A stretch of DNA of 64,000 nt from Candidatus Hodarchaeaceae archaeon (GTDB taxonomy: Archaea > Hadarchaeota > Hadarchaeia > Hadarchaeales > Hadarchaeaceae): the NCBI GenBank assembly GCA_030018135.1, contig JASEGJ010000003.1:7633-71632 (forward strand), in the 5' to 3' direction. Shown piece after piece: positions 10,414 to 19,737 of this stretch. Positions within the stretch are counted from its first letter, which is position 1; each line of letters starts with the position of its first letter. A model generated the notes under the pieces. The model did no database searches. It was not told where the DNA came from and worked only from the letters and a program-made list of their open reading frames with translations. The translations under genes were made by a program, and so were the position numbers.

Positions 10414-11871
10414 TCACTTGCTAGAGACCTGAGTTGGCGTCTCATTTTTTGTAGTTTTCTTCAACTCAAGCCAATACTTGAGATTGTGGATGCAGCCGGG
10501 GTCCGGAGCCTGTACATCGTCATAATACCCATATGCCCTCGCCCTGCAACCGCCGCAGGTGTAGCGATACTTGCATTCCCCGCAGCCCTTCAAAGCCTCC
10601 CTATCCCTAAGCTTCCATAGGAGCTCGGAGGAGTGCCAAACGTCCCGCAGGCGCACATCCCTTATGTTACCGAGCTTAATCGGCATGAACACGCAGGGGG
10701 TTATGTCTCCATTGGGCTCAAGTCCGCAGTAGAGCCTCCCGGCCCCACACCCGCCGAGGAAATCCGCGAGGCTCTTCGTTCGGCCCCGTAACGCCCTCAT
10801 CGCCCCCTCGCTCGTGAAATGAGTTGGAACTATGCTGCTCGCACCGTGTGCACCGTACGCGAACTCCAAGGAGATCATCGAATATTGCGGCGCAGTTGAA
10901 TAACAAATCATTTTGCAGTCACTGTCCACCATCTTGGTGTACAGGTAATTGAGCAGCTTGTGGCGCTCCTGCGGGCTTAGGTCTTGGTCGACGATGTCCT
11001 TGCCCCGCCCGACTGGCACGTAGTTGAACATGATAACGCGCTTCGCCCCAAGCTCTTGCTCGATGAAGTCGACAAGTTTTGGGATCTCTTGAAGGTTGGA
11101 GCGGGTTGCGGTCAGGGCGACACACGTGTCGATTCCCTCGCCGACGCTATTTTTGATCCCCTCGCACGTGAGCCTCCATGCCCCCGGGACCCCCCTGAAT
11201 CTATCGTGCACCTTCTCGAACCCGTCGAGGGATATCTCCACGTAATCGAAAACATTTTTCATCTTTTTTGCGACCTCCCTTGTGATCACCGTGCCGTTCG
11301 TAGCGACGGAGATGAAAAATCCCTTACTTTTAGCGTAACTCGCGATCTCGAAAATGTCATTCCTCAGCAACGGTTCGCCGCCGGAAAATGCTATCGCCAC
11401 AACGCCAGCGTCCTCGAACTCATCTATGACCCGCTTCGCCTCCTCGGTCGTGAGCTCATCCTTCATCGCCCCGGGTCCCGCGTTCTCATAGCAGTGCTCG
11501 CACCGCAGGTTGCAGTGCTTGGTGTAGTTCCAAACAACCAAGAAGGGGGCAATCGAGGTGAAAGGCCTGCGGGCGCCGTAATGGGCGACGCCTTCCAGCA
11601 CGTTTACCATGCCGCGCCGGATCACGGGGTCCTTCAAATTTTTCTTCAAGCTCTCGCCGGAGTAGCCGAGGGCGTTTGTTCCGCGATCGGCTATAAGCTT
11701 GACCACCAAAGCGGCGATTCTGTCCCGGAAGTCGCAGGGGATGTCCTCGCCCGCGTACCTTCTCAGGGCAACATCCAACCTGTTGCCGCCGTACTTGCTC
11801 CTCCCGCAGACAAACCTGAGCAGAGCCTTGGAGAAGGGGTTCCCCAGCCACCTCTGCACCGCCCCTGTCAC
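10414..11871 (-). CDS. Radical SAM enzyme with C-terminal SPASM-like Cys-rich domain and ~115-aa N-terminal extension
   Basis: CNLRCEHC (CxxxCxxC). C-terminal cysteine clusters (CGAGRLYCG ... CGECKYRYTCGGCRARA) typical of SPASM/twitch maturases. Confidence 0.75.
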   Translation of the reverse strand: MTGAVQRWLGNPFSKALLRFVCGRSKYGGNRLDVALRRYAGEDIPCDFRDRIAALVVKLIADRGTNALGYSGESLKKNLKDPVIRRGMVNVLEGVAHYGARRPFTSIAPFLVVWNYTKHCNLRCEHCYENAGPGAMKDELTTEEAKRVIDEFEDAGVVAIAFSGGEPLLRNDIFEIASYAKSKGFFISVATNGTVITREVAKKMKNVFDYVEISLDGFEKVHDRFRGVPGAWRLTCEGIKNSVGEGIDTCVALTATRSNLQEIPKLVDFIEQELGAKRVIMFNYVPVGRGKDIVDQDLSPQERHKLLNYLYTKMVDSDCKMICYSTAPQYSMISLEFAYGAHGASSIVPTHFTSEGAMRALRGRTKSLADFLGGCGAGRLYCGLEPNGDITPCVFMPIKLGNIRDVRLRDVWHSSELLWKLRDREALKGCGECKYRYTCGGCRARAYGYYDDVQAPDPGCIHNLKYWLELKKTTKNETPTQVSSK

Positions 11872-12113
11872 CGCTTCCTCCCTTCTAACCGTGATCCCAC
11901 CCCTTTCGCTCAGACGTTGGGGGCACCTCCGCTACCTGCGAAAATCCCCTTTTCAACCCCTTAATTGTAACGTTTAAATAATCGTCCAAATAATATATTA
12001 ACTCGAGGATAGCGTCGATAATCGCACTAATACCGGGCGGTCGGCCGAGACGATGACGAGAGCTTAAAGCTGAGGCAATAAGCTCTTTTTAGCCAATGAA
12101 GTGTCACCTCCAG

Positions 12114-13184
12114 CTAAGTCAGTGTGGCTGCCCGCCTGGGTATTATGACATCTCCGACTATTGGTATTCTATTCCCGCAGCTCGGGCATCTACAGTCATC
12201 TAGCCGGACCTCGACTAGTTTCAGTCCGTAGCGTTTGAGGAGCAACCTACCGCAACTCGGGCAATATGTGTTCTCGTAGCGATGTCCCGGCACATTACCT
12301 ACGTATACGTACACCAAGCCTTCTGACATGGCTATGTCATGGGCCAGCTCGAGGGTCGCGATCGGTGTAGGCGGGGCATTGAACTTGTAGGCGGGGGAAT
12401 AGGCGGTGAAGTGCAAGGGCGTCTCGCTGCCCGCCTCGCGCAGGTGGCGCCTCGCGAGCTCCCGCAACTGGTCCTCGCGGTCGTTGACGCCGGGGATGAC
12501 GAGGTTCACGACCTCGACGTGTAGCCCCAGCCACTTGGCCTCGCGCACGTTTCGCCAAACTAGCTCGACATCGGTGCCGCAGTACTTGCGCACGGCCTCC
12601 GCATTCCCCTTGACATCGATATTTATCGCATCTAAGCCAGCGTCGCGAAGCATCCGAAGCGCCTCGAGGGTCATAAAGCCATTTGTGACGAATGTATTGC
12701 GGTAGCCCGCTTTTTTAGCCAGCTTGAACATATCCAACGACCATTCGAATAGAAGAGTCGGCTCGTTAAACGAAACGCTCGTGGACTGACACCCGTACCC
12801 CTTAACCAGTTCCACGAATCTTTCTGGAGTAACGTATTCGCTTCTCGTGGGGTCGGGTGGAAATTTGCTGATGTGCCAATTTTGGCACCATTTGCATTCG
12901 AAATTGCAACTCCAGCTCCCAATCGTCAGTGAATCGCTTCCCGGCCAGAAGTGGTAAAATGGCTTCTTCTCGATGGGGTTTGCCGAAATCCCACTCGAGA
13001 GCCCATACTGCAGGGTGTAAAGTTCCCCTTCCTGATTCTGCCTTGTTTTACAAAAGCCTGATTTGCCCGGCGGGATAACGCAACGCCTTTCGCAGGTATT
13101 GCACTCCACCACATTTCCGCCCACCTTGTCGTAAAGCAAAGCTTTTCTGACCCACGGCTGCTTTAGATTCAAAGTTGCACCCAT
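12114..13184 (-). CDS. AmmeMemoRadiSam-system radical SAM enzyme (PflA-like activase family)
   Basis: N-terminal Cys cluster CNTCERRC...GFCKTR, IEKKPFYHFWPGS, and radical SAM motif CNFECKWCQNW. Matches the family signature. Confidence 0.75.
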   Translation of the reverse strand: MGATLNLKQPWVRKALLYDKVGGNVVECNTCERRCVIPPGKSGFCKTRQNQEGELYTLQYGLSSGISANPIEKKPFYHFWPGSDSLTIGSWSCNFECKWCQNWHISKFPPDPTRSEYVTPERFVELVKGYGCQSTSVSFNEPTLLFEWSLDMFKLAKKAGYRNTFVTNGFMTLEALRMLRDAGLDAINIDVKGNAEAVRKYCGTDVELVWRNVREAKWLGLHVEVVNLVIPGVNDREDQLRELARRHLREAGSETPLHFTAYSPAYKFNAPPTPIATLELAHDIAMSEGLVYVYVGNVPGHRYENTYCPSCGRLLLKRYGLKLVEVRLDDCRCPSCGNRIPIVGDVIIPRRAATLT

Positions 13185-13258
13185 CGTTATACATTAACGT
13201 TTTCGCACTTTTAGATGTGGGTTCCGAACTCGTGCAGTAAAGTGCTTCAAGTTTTGGG

Positions 13259-14215
13259 CTATCTAACTATTTCGGCGCCGGCCCTTCCTTCAATGGCATC
13301 CGTGGCGTGGTCCAGCGAGGCAATTATCGCCCGCTTGCCCCCCCACTCCATGAACCTGACTGCGGCCCTGACCTTGGGCTCCATGCTACCCACCGCGAAC
13401 TGGCCCTCCTGCAGGTAGCGCTTCGCATCCTCCACGGTAACCCTCCTGAGCCATCGCTCGCCGGGCTTCCCGTAATTTATCGCCACCCCGTCGACATCTG
13501 TTAGCATCATCAACACATCGGCGTCCACTGCCTCCGCCAGCTTCTCACCGGCCAGGTCCTTGTCTATGACGGCTTCCACGCCGACCAACTTTCCATCTTT
13601 CTCTATCACAGGTATTCCTCCCCCGCCGGAAGCTATGGGGACGACATGTGCCTCGAGGAGCTGCCTTATCGCCTCCTTCTCCGCTATGTCCTTGGGGTCG
13701 GGCGATGGGACGACACGCCTCCAGCCCCGCCCGGCGTCGTCGATCACGATCCACCCCCTCTCCTTCGCGAGCTTTTTTGCCTCCTCCTCGCTGTAGAAGG
13801 GTCCAACCGGCTTGGTAGGATTTTTAAATGCCGGGTCGTCCTTGCTCACGATGACCTGAGTAACGACCGTGGCTATGGGGATGTCTGGCCTTCCGCCTTC
13901 GACGAGGACCTCCCGCAGGCATTGCTGGATCATGTAGCCTATCAACCCTTGGCTCTCGGCGCCGCATACGTCCATGGGCATCGCCGGTATGCCGTACCTC
14001 TGCCCGGCGTCGTTCTGCAGGAGGATCGCTCCCACTTGGGGGCCGTTGCCGTGGGTTATTACCACCTGATATTTGCCGCTCAAGATCATCTTGCCCATGT
14101 GCTCCGCCGTCCTCCTGACGTTTGCCAGCTGCTCCTCGTACGTCCCCTTCTGCCCCTTCTGGAGGATGGCGTTCCCGCCCAAGGCCACGACGACCCTTGT
14201 CTTGGTTTTCGGCAA
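13259..14215 (-). CDS. arcC: Carbamate kinase
   Basis: 318 aa. N-terminus [17 protein letters not shown]; amino-acid kinase fold. Confidence 0.85.
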   Translation of the reverse strand: MPKTKTRVVVALGGNAILQKGQKGTYEEQLANVRRTAEHMGKMILSGKYQVVITHGNGPQVGAILLQNDAGQRYGIPAMPMDVCGAESQGLIGYMIQQCLREVLVEGGRPDIPIATVVTQVIVSKDDPAFKNPTKPVGPFYSEEEAKKLAKERGWIVIDDAGRGWRRVVPSPDPKDIAEKEAIRQLLEAHVVPIASGGGGIPVIEKDGKLVGVEAVIDKDLAGEKLAEAVDADVLMMLTDVDGVAINYGKPGERWLRRVTVEDAKRYLQEGQFAVGSMEPKVRAAVRFMEWGGKRAIIASLDHATDAIEGRAGAEIVR

Positions 14216-14265
14216 GGATATCCCTGCTGAACGCTATTATCAATAGCCACATGTTTTAAGTTTTT

Positions 14266-14640
14266 TCAAGCTACGCGGGTTGTCGAATAAATCCACACAA
14301 TAATTAAAATTTCCTTGTCTTTTTGCGCGCGGACTCGCGCCGAGGTTCGCAGGTTGTGGGCCACAGCCATGAGCATGATGTTAAAAATCTGTACATGGAG
14401 CAACTTGCACCTGATTCCACCGTCGTATCGGGTCTCGATGCCACCGAAAAATCCCTCGGCCACCTTGCGCAAGCGGTAGAGCTCTCGGTTTTCTTCGAAC
14501 TCTTTGAAAACTTCCCTCCGCACGAAAGCGTGGGGTCCCTCCATCCTTTTCTGCTGGCTTGATGATGGGGTTTGAATCCGTGTTGCCCCGCGAATTCTCT
14601 AACGAACTCGGCATCGTAAGCGGGATCCCCCAGCAAGGGC
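14266..14640 (-). mobile_element. Frameshifted 3' remnant of an IS5-family DDE transposase
   Basis: Two overlapping minus-strand frames encode LGDPAYDAEFVREF.. and ..FEENRELYRLRKVAEGFFGGIETRYDGGIRCKLLHVQIFNIMLMAVAHNL (transposase C-terminal signature). No intact transposase or terminal inverted repeats seen. Confidence 0.55.
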
Positions 14641-14703
14641 TCGCCTCTAACCCTATTGTCAAATGGTTCGCTGGGAAATCTTGATGCACGTGTATCAAAA
14701 AAT

Positions 14704-15645
14704 TCAGCTTAAGAGTATGAGCCCAGCGAGATAAAATGCGTAGAGCGTGAGCAGTGCCCAGCTCTCGCCCCGTGTCAGCCTTTGTCCGGTCCGCATGAAA
14801 ACCAGCAGTGACGCCATGATCAAAAACATCATCAAATTGCTGAACCATATCTTTTGAAGGCCGACGGACAGCGGCCTTATCACCGCGGAGAGTCCGAGAA
14901 CCCAAGTAAGGTCGAGGATGTTGGCGCCGACGATGTTCCCCAGCGAAAGTTCGGGCACCCCCTTGAAGGCGGACATGACGGCCGTGACCAACTCGGGAAG
15001 CGACGTACCGATGGCGACCATTGTAGAGCCTATTACGGCTTCCGATACCCCCAGGGATTCAACGATGCCCATTCCGGAATAGATGAGGAGCCTGCTGCCC
15101 ACCAGTATGCCTAGGGCCCCGAACGAAAACAGGAGAATGGGGCGCCCCAGTCTGAATGGGTACCCTGGCATCCGCGCTCGAGCTATCCGCGCGTTCCTCC
15201 GCTCCCTTCGCACGATAAATCTGAGGAACAGCACCAAGAGCAGCAGGAGCCCCACGCCCTCATAGCGGCTAAGCGTGCCGTCCCACGCGATAATTGTCAC
15301 GAGTGCCCCAAGCCCGACCATTACCGCCCCCTCGTTCAGCCTATCCCTCTCTACGTGGATTGCCACGGTTGCCGCCACTATCGCAAGGATCAAGGCGATG
15401 TTCGCGATGCACGTCCCCACGGCATTTCCGTACGCCAATCCGACATTTCCTATGCCAGCCGCCATGGTCGAAGCGACGAGTTCCGGGGCGACGGTGGCAA
15501 AGCTCACGAGCGTTAGGCCTATAACTGCCCGCGATAGGCCCAGCCTGCGGGCTATCGCACACGCCGAGTCGACGAATACATTGCCACCTATGGCGATCGA
15601 TGCAAGACCGGCCAAGAGGGCGAGGGTGTACAAGATCGCGGACAT
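14704..15645 (-). CDS. Ca2+/cation antiporter (CaCA family, YrbG-like)
   Basis: 313 aa. Two alpha-repeat motifs (GNVGLAYGNAVGTCIANIALI and GNIVGANILDLTWVLGLS). Confidence 0.8.
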   Translation of the reverse strand: MSAILYTLALLAGLASIAIGGNVFVDSACAIARRLGLSRAVIGLTLVSFATVAPELVASTMAAGIGNVGLAYGNAVGTCIANIALILAIVAATVAIHVERDRLNEGAVMVGLGALVTIIAWDGTLSRYEGVGLLLLLVLFLRFIVRRERRNARIARARMPGYPFRLGRPILLFSFGALGILVGSRLLIYSGMGIVESLGVSEAVIGSTMVAIGTSLPELVTAVMSAFKGVPELSLGNIVGANILDLTWVLGLSAVIRPLSVGLQKIWFSNLMMFLIMASLLVFMRTGQRLTRGESWALLTLYAFYLAGLILLS

Positions 15646-15658
15646 GGGCGCAGCTCCA

Positions 15659-16825
15659 CTACCTCGTGATTTGCCTGAACAGCACCGGAGCCAGAAGCGT
15701 GGTCGTCAACGTGGTCGCTATCATCACGGCAAATAGATCCGGCGGTACCACCCTGGCTTCAAGCCCAAAGAGCAGTACCGCAACCTCAAGCGACCCACGC
15801 GGGCACATGGCTGTGCCGATTGTCAGGCGGTCCCTCCCCCTATATCCAACTGCCGCGGCCCCGGCGCCGCCCCCTATGATCTTACCCGCAAATGCGGCAG
15901 CGATCAGCAATAAGAGCATCGCGACCTTGATTTGCCCCCAATCCGGCGCGAAGGTGAGCCCAACGTATACGAAAAACATGGGGGTGAGTATGGATTGAAA
16001 TGAGGTCGTGATGTCGTCCAAAATAGCATTCAACCTGATCCTGCTGAGCAGGAGGGCGTCGGGCCTCTCGCGTAGCCTGCTGATGAACAGGCCAGCCATA
16101 TATGCGCCGATTATCTCGTGGAGCCCGATTTTGCGGGCGATTACCGCGAGGACGAGCGCGAGGGATAGGGCAAAGGTAAGCGGAGCGCCCCCCCTCTCGA
16201 ACCTCCAAATCCTCCGCATGGTGTCCTTCTCTATTATGAGCTTGCGCGATAGGTAGACGACGACCAAGAAAAACACAACTATCAATATGGTCGCCCAAGC
16301 CAGCGCGTTTGGGTCCAGCCTCTTTTCCGGGCTCAGGGCTACCATGGAAAGGATGCCGATGATGTAAACGGCGAGAATATCGTCGATGAGTGCCACACCA
16401 ACCACTAGCTGACCAAGCGGGCGAGTTCCGACCATGCGAACGACGATCTCCGTGGCGGTGTTGCTCAGGGCCGCCCCGACGAAGAGGCAGGCGACCGTTG
16501 GGTAGTTCCATGCGTACGCGACGCCAAACCCGAGCGCAAAGGAAGCTGCCATGCCGCAAAGCGCGATGATCAACGCCTTAAATTTCACCCTCAGGAACAG
16601 GTCGAAGCGCGAGTTCATGCCGGCGACGAGCATGAGCACAACCAGCCCGAGCATGGCAATCGCCTTGATGAAGTCGGTCGGGTCCATCCACCCGAGCAGG
16701 GCCGGGCCGAGCACCACTCCGGTCGCGACCTCGCCGATTAGCGGCGAAAAGCCGTATTTGTGCAGCAACTCGCCGAACACCTTCGCGCAGAGCAACAGCA
16801 CTAGCAGCTCGAGCAGAAACTCCAT
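15659..16825 (-). CDS. Cation:proton antiporter (CPA family Na+/H+ exchanger)
   Basis: 388 aa polytopic membrane protein with a Kef/NhaP-like N-terminus. Confidence 0.75.
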   Translation of the reverse strand: MEFLLELLVLLLCAKVFGELLHKYGFSPLIGEVATGVVLGPALLGWMDPTDFIKAIAMLGLVVLMLVAGMNSRFDLFLRVKFKALIIALCGMAASFALGFGVAYAWNYPTVACLFVGAALSNTATEIVVRMVGTRPLGQLVVGVALIDDILAVYIIGILSMVALSPEKRLDPNALAWATILIVVFFLVVVYLSRKLIIEKDTMRRIWRFERGGAPLTFALSLALVLAVIARKIGLHEIIGAYMAGLFISRLRERPDALLLSRIRLNAILDDITTSFQSILTPMFFVYVGLTFAPDWGQIKVAMLLLLIAAAFAGKIIGGGAGAAAVGYRGRDRLTIGTAMCPRGSLEVAVLLFGLEARVVPPDLFAVMIATTLTTTLLAPVLFRQITR

Positions 16826-16828
16826 GTT

Positions 16829-17128
16829 TTAGAACCCCCGCTTCCGCCAGAGCGTTCGTCCCCGCGCCTCGATTCGAAGGATTCGGTGGTAGGGGATATC
16901 AACCTCCCCCTCCTGCGAAGCTACCCTCATGAAGGCCCGCCCGAGTTCCTTTATGTCGCTGCCCTCGACGACGCGAATGTTCCCCGGAGCGCCTCTGTGC
17001 ACTATCGCCACCCTAACGTCGAGTAGGCTGAGCCTCGGGTGCCACTTGAGCCTGTTTAATTCGTCGCGCGCCCCCATGTAAACCAAGAGCCCTATTTTTG
17101 ATTGTACATTTACCGTTATCGCCCCCAT
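16829..17128 (-). CDS. MJ1316/DUF504-family small protein (RNA cyclic-phosphate end recognition domain)
   Basis: 99 aa with LNRLKWHP ... IPYHRILRI, the family hallmark. Confidence 0.55.
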   Translation of the reverse strand: MGAITVNVQSKIGLLVYMGARDELNRLKWHPRLSLLDVRVAIVHRGAPGNIRVVEGSDIKELGRAFMRVASQEGEVDIPYHRILRIEARGRTLWRKRGF

Positions 17129-17293
17129 GCGAATTCTCCGCCATGCTACTTATGAATCAACCTAGCTGGTAGCGGGAGGAGTCCACGCTCGTGCAAGCAA
17201 TTCGGCAAATTTTTACATTTTAAGATGCGAGAGCCCGCCAGCTTGAGCTATTTATCCTCGCACACAAACCGAGGGCTTGAAGGCGGGATTGAA

Positions 17294-17920
17294 ATGTTTT
17301 CCTACGTATTCTTGCTCGGGCGCCCCGGCTCAGGCAAGTCGGCCGTCTATAAGATGTTTGTCGAGCGCATGCTTCGAGAGGGGCTGGCAAGCGAGGTGAT
17401 GCGCATCGACGACTTCCCGATCCTGAAGCAGATCCTCGACGAGGACGTTGAGTTCAAGCGCCACGTTAGGAAGGAGGGCGGGTTCGAGGTCACGGATTTC
17501 TCCATACTCGACGATGTGCTTAAGCGCATCAACGGCCAGCTCAAGGAATTGCAAAAGCCCGGCAGGGTGATATTTGTCGAGTTCTCGCGCGATAGCTACG
17601 CCAATGCGCTAGGAAATTTTGACGATGGGGTGCTTAGTCGCTCGCTCTTGGTTTACATCTACTGCCCATTCGAGGTCTGCTTGGAGAGGAACGCGAGAAG
17701 GTTCAAAGAAGGGCTCAAGGATGTTGATGATCACATCGTACCCCGCGACCTCATGGAAAAGTACTACCGCTATGACGACTACGAGGAGCTTTTTTTGAAA
17801 TCGGAGAATGAACTGAAAGCACGAGCCCCCGCCCCGATCGTGGTAGTCAAGAACAACGTTGAGGGGTTAGATCATCTCAAATTGGAAATCGAGAAGGTAG
17901 TAACTGCTTTGAAAATTTAG
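17294..17920 (+). CDS. P-loop kinase of unknown specificity (AAA_33/zeta-toxin-like)
   Basis: Walker A GRPGSGKS near the N-terminus. Start chosen at MFSYVFLLG rather than the ORF-track upstream Met. Confidence 0.5.
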   Translation: MFSYVFLLGRPGSGKSAVYKMFVERMLREGLASEVMRIDDFPILKQILDEDVEFKRHVRKEGGFEVTDFSILDDVLKRINGQLKELQKPGRVIFVEFSRDSYANALGNFDDGVLSRSLLVYIYCPFEVCLERNARRFKEGLKDVDDHIVPRDLMEKYYRYDDYEELFLKSENELKARAPAPIVVVKNNVEGLDHLKLEIEKVVTALKI

Positions 17921-17926
17921 CTCCCG

Positions 17927-18709
17927 TCAAGGATGGTCGTGCCCGTATGGACAGAAGTGCCTTAGATTCAGAATTTTTGCAGCCCCCTTGCTGGTGACTC
18001 CGTAAATCACAGGTTTAACCCCGTAAGTTTCGCACCATCCGATTAACTCGGGCAACGTCCCACTAGCTAAAGTACTGCCGGTTATACAGGCAACGTCGAC
18101 CTTTCTTATCACTTCTTCATTTGCTGATCCATCCAAAATCTTTCTCCCGAACTTCACTTCCCCAACGTTTTCAGAATCTAGGTCAGTAACATAACTCTCG
18201 AAATGTTTTGAACACGCCTCCACGTGGCTAGGCTGATAGCCGATGTGCGCAACCCGGACCTTACCGAAGTTCTCCAAGATATACGCGGCCAATCGCTCGC
18301 CGCACTTCCTCGGCTCATCACCCTTACAGTGAACCGTTCCCCGGATTAACCCAACGTAGCTGAGCGTCGCGTTTAACGTGGCAAAGAAAACGGCTTTGTC
18401 TCCCTTATCGCCAAATAATAGTTCACACACGTCCTCGATCCCCCCCCTGAAAGTTTTTGGTTCGTCGGTGAAGGCGTCCCCGTAGTGATCCTCAAGCTTG
18501 CATCGGACGAGAACTTCCTTTCCTTTTGCCAGCGCATACTCCCTTGAGGGTAACTTGAAATGTTGTTCGATGAAATTTTTGGGCGTAGAGGATAACCGTG
18601 GCCGACGATCACTGAATCCCTTTGCTATTATCCCACAGCTGACCTCCTTCTCCTGAAGCTTATGCTTTTCAACTATTTTTTTGAACTCCCCGTTTATCTT
18701 TTCATACAT
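17927..18709 (-). CDS. Conserved hypothetical, possibly DUF364-like Rossmann domain protein
   Basis: C-terminal pattern ACITGSTLASGTLPELIGW resembles the DUF364 core of the 31583 gene. Lower GC than its neighbours. Confidence 0.35.
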   Translation of the reverse strand: MYEKINGEFKKIVEKHKLQEKEVSCGIIAKGFSDRRPRLSSTPKNFIEQHFKLPSREYALAKGKEVLVRCKLEDHYGDAFTDEPKTFRGGIEDVCELLFGDKGDKAVFFATLNATLSYVGLIRGTVHCKGDEPRKCGERLAAYILENFGKVRVAHIGYQPSHVEACSKHFESYVTDLDSENVGEVKFGRKILDGSANEEVIRKVDVACITGSTLASGTLPELIGWCETYGVKPVIYGVTSKGAAKILNLRHFCPYGHDHP

Positions 18710-18741
18710 GTGGTGTCTCCCTGCTCACGCTTGGTGATCGG

Positions 18742-19164
18742 TCACAGAATCTCAACTTTCCCTTCTTTGCTAACCATAATGCCGAAGTCTGTGAGGGCCT
18801 TTCTACGTTTGAGATTCTTCCTTCCAAGCGTTTCCGTTATCAGCCTCGTAAGCTCTGAATAATTACGAGTTATTTTGATCCCCCTCTCATCGGCTTTCCT
18901 GAACACCTGTTCTGAGACGCTGTAAACGTTGGATCCCGCCCTCACATCTATTTTGATCGGCCACTCGATGGTCCCGATTAGCTTTAGAGTATTCCTAGCT
19001 CGTTCCACATTGCGTTCAGCGATTTTTATGATGCGGCTGACATTTGACCTGCTTGTTCCCAGCTCTTCCGCTATCTGCGTCAGACTCTTCCCTTCCCTCC
19101 TCCTTTTGAGCACCTCGAACTGCCTTCTTGTAAGATGGGTTTCCTTTATGTTAACCATTTTCAT
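18742..19164 (-). CDS. tfx: Tfx-family DNA-binding transcriptional regulator
   Basis: 140 aa. N-terminal HTH LTRRQFEVLKRRREGKSLTQIAEELGTSRSNVSRI (LuxR/sigma-70 region 4-like). Confidence 0.75.
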   Translation of the reverse strand: MKMVNIKETHLTRRQFEVLKRRREGKSLTQIAEELGTSRSNVSRIIKIAERNVERARNTLKLIGTIEWPIKIDVRAGSNVYSVSEQVFRKADERGIKITRNYSELTRLITETLGRKNLKRRKALTDFGIMVSKEGKVEIL

Positions 19165-19203
19165 TGCTCATTAGACTTATATTGACTGGTTTGGGTATAA
19201 AAA

Positions 19204-19728
19204 ATGGTGCCTATGAAGCTTGAAACAGCACTCGAGCTGTTCGGGAAAAATCCTTTCGTCCACGCTCTGATAATCGCGACCGTATTTGTCTATCTTATTT
19301 TGTTGATCGCCAAACCCACGGTCGCGAAAAAATCTGCAAAAGATTCGATCAGAACTTTGAAAAGTTTGATGATTCCAATAATTGCCGCCTTATTCATAGC
19401 TGGCGCAATCAAATTCCTCGTTCCCTCCAAAATGCTCGCTGGATTTCTTGGGGAACAGGCGGGGATTGCCGCCGTCTTCATCGGGGTCGCGATCGGAAGT
19501 TTGCTACCAGCTTGCCCTTTCATCTCCTTCCCGATAATCGCGGGTGTTTATGCTGCTGGTGCGAGTCTTGTCGGAGTGATGGCTATGCTTTTCGGGTCTG
19601 GGCTCGCCTTCGCGTGTCGGGTCACTTGCGATCTCATGTTTTTTAACCCAAAGGTTGCCGGAGCCCGGATGACGCTGTCGTTCTTCGTGGCCGTCGTTGC
19701 AGGGCTTCTGGTTTACTTCATCATCTGA
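19204..19728 (+). CDS. Membrane permease subunit (COG0701/DUF318-like half-permease), paralog 1
   Basis: 174 aa with GSLLPACPFISFPII Cys-Pro motif; paralogous to the next gene. Confidence 0.5.
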   Translation: MVPMKLETALELFGKNPFVHALIIATVFVYLILLIAKPTVAKKSAKDSIRTLKSLMIPIIAALFIAGAIKFLVPSKMLAGFLGEQAGIAAVFIGVAIGSLLPACPFISFPIIAGVYAAGASLVGVMAMLFGSGLAFACRVTCDLMFFNPKVAGARMTLSFFVAVVAGLLVYFII

Positions 19729-19737
19729 GGTGAAGCA

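Noticed and set aside
10984-11964. 326-aa plus-strand ORF antisense to the SPASM radical SAM gene
   Set aside because: Arg/Pro/Gly/Ala-rich low-complexity translation typical of antisense frames in GC-rich DNA. It overlaps a well-supported gene on the opposite strand.
14560-14590. GGTTTGAATCC, a T-loop-like string suggesting a tRNA 3' half next to the IS remnant
   Set aside because: Flanking bases cannot form T-stem or acceptor pairing. No cloverleaf could be built.
14381-14905. 174-aa ORF spanning the IS remnant and the antiporter 3' end
   Set aside because: Overlaps the well-supported CaCA antiporter gene in another frame; no conserved features.
15882-16559. 225-aa ORF inside the Na+/H+ antiporter gene, and similar long antisense or alternate-frame ORFs (49090-49959, 62096-62968, 59507-60148, 40854-41494)
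   Set aside because: All lie within strongly supported genes, lack start-site signals, and encode R/P/S/A-rich junk sequence.
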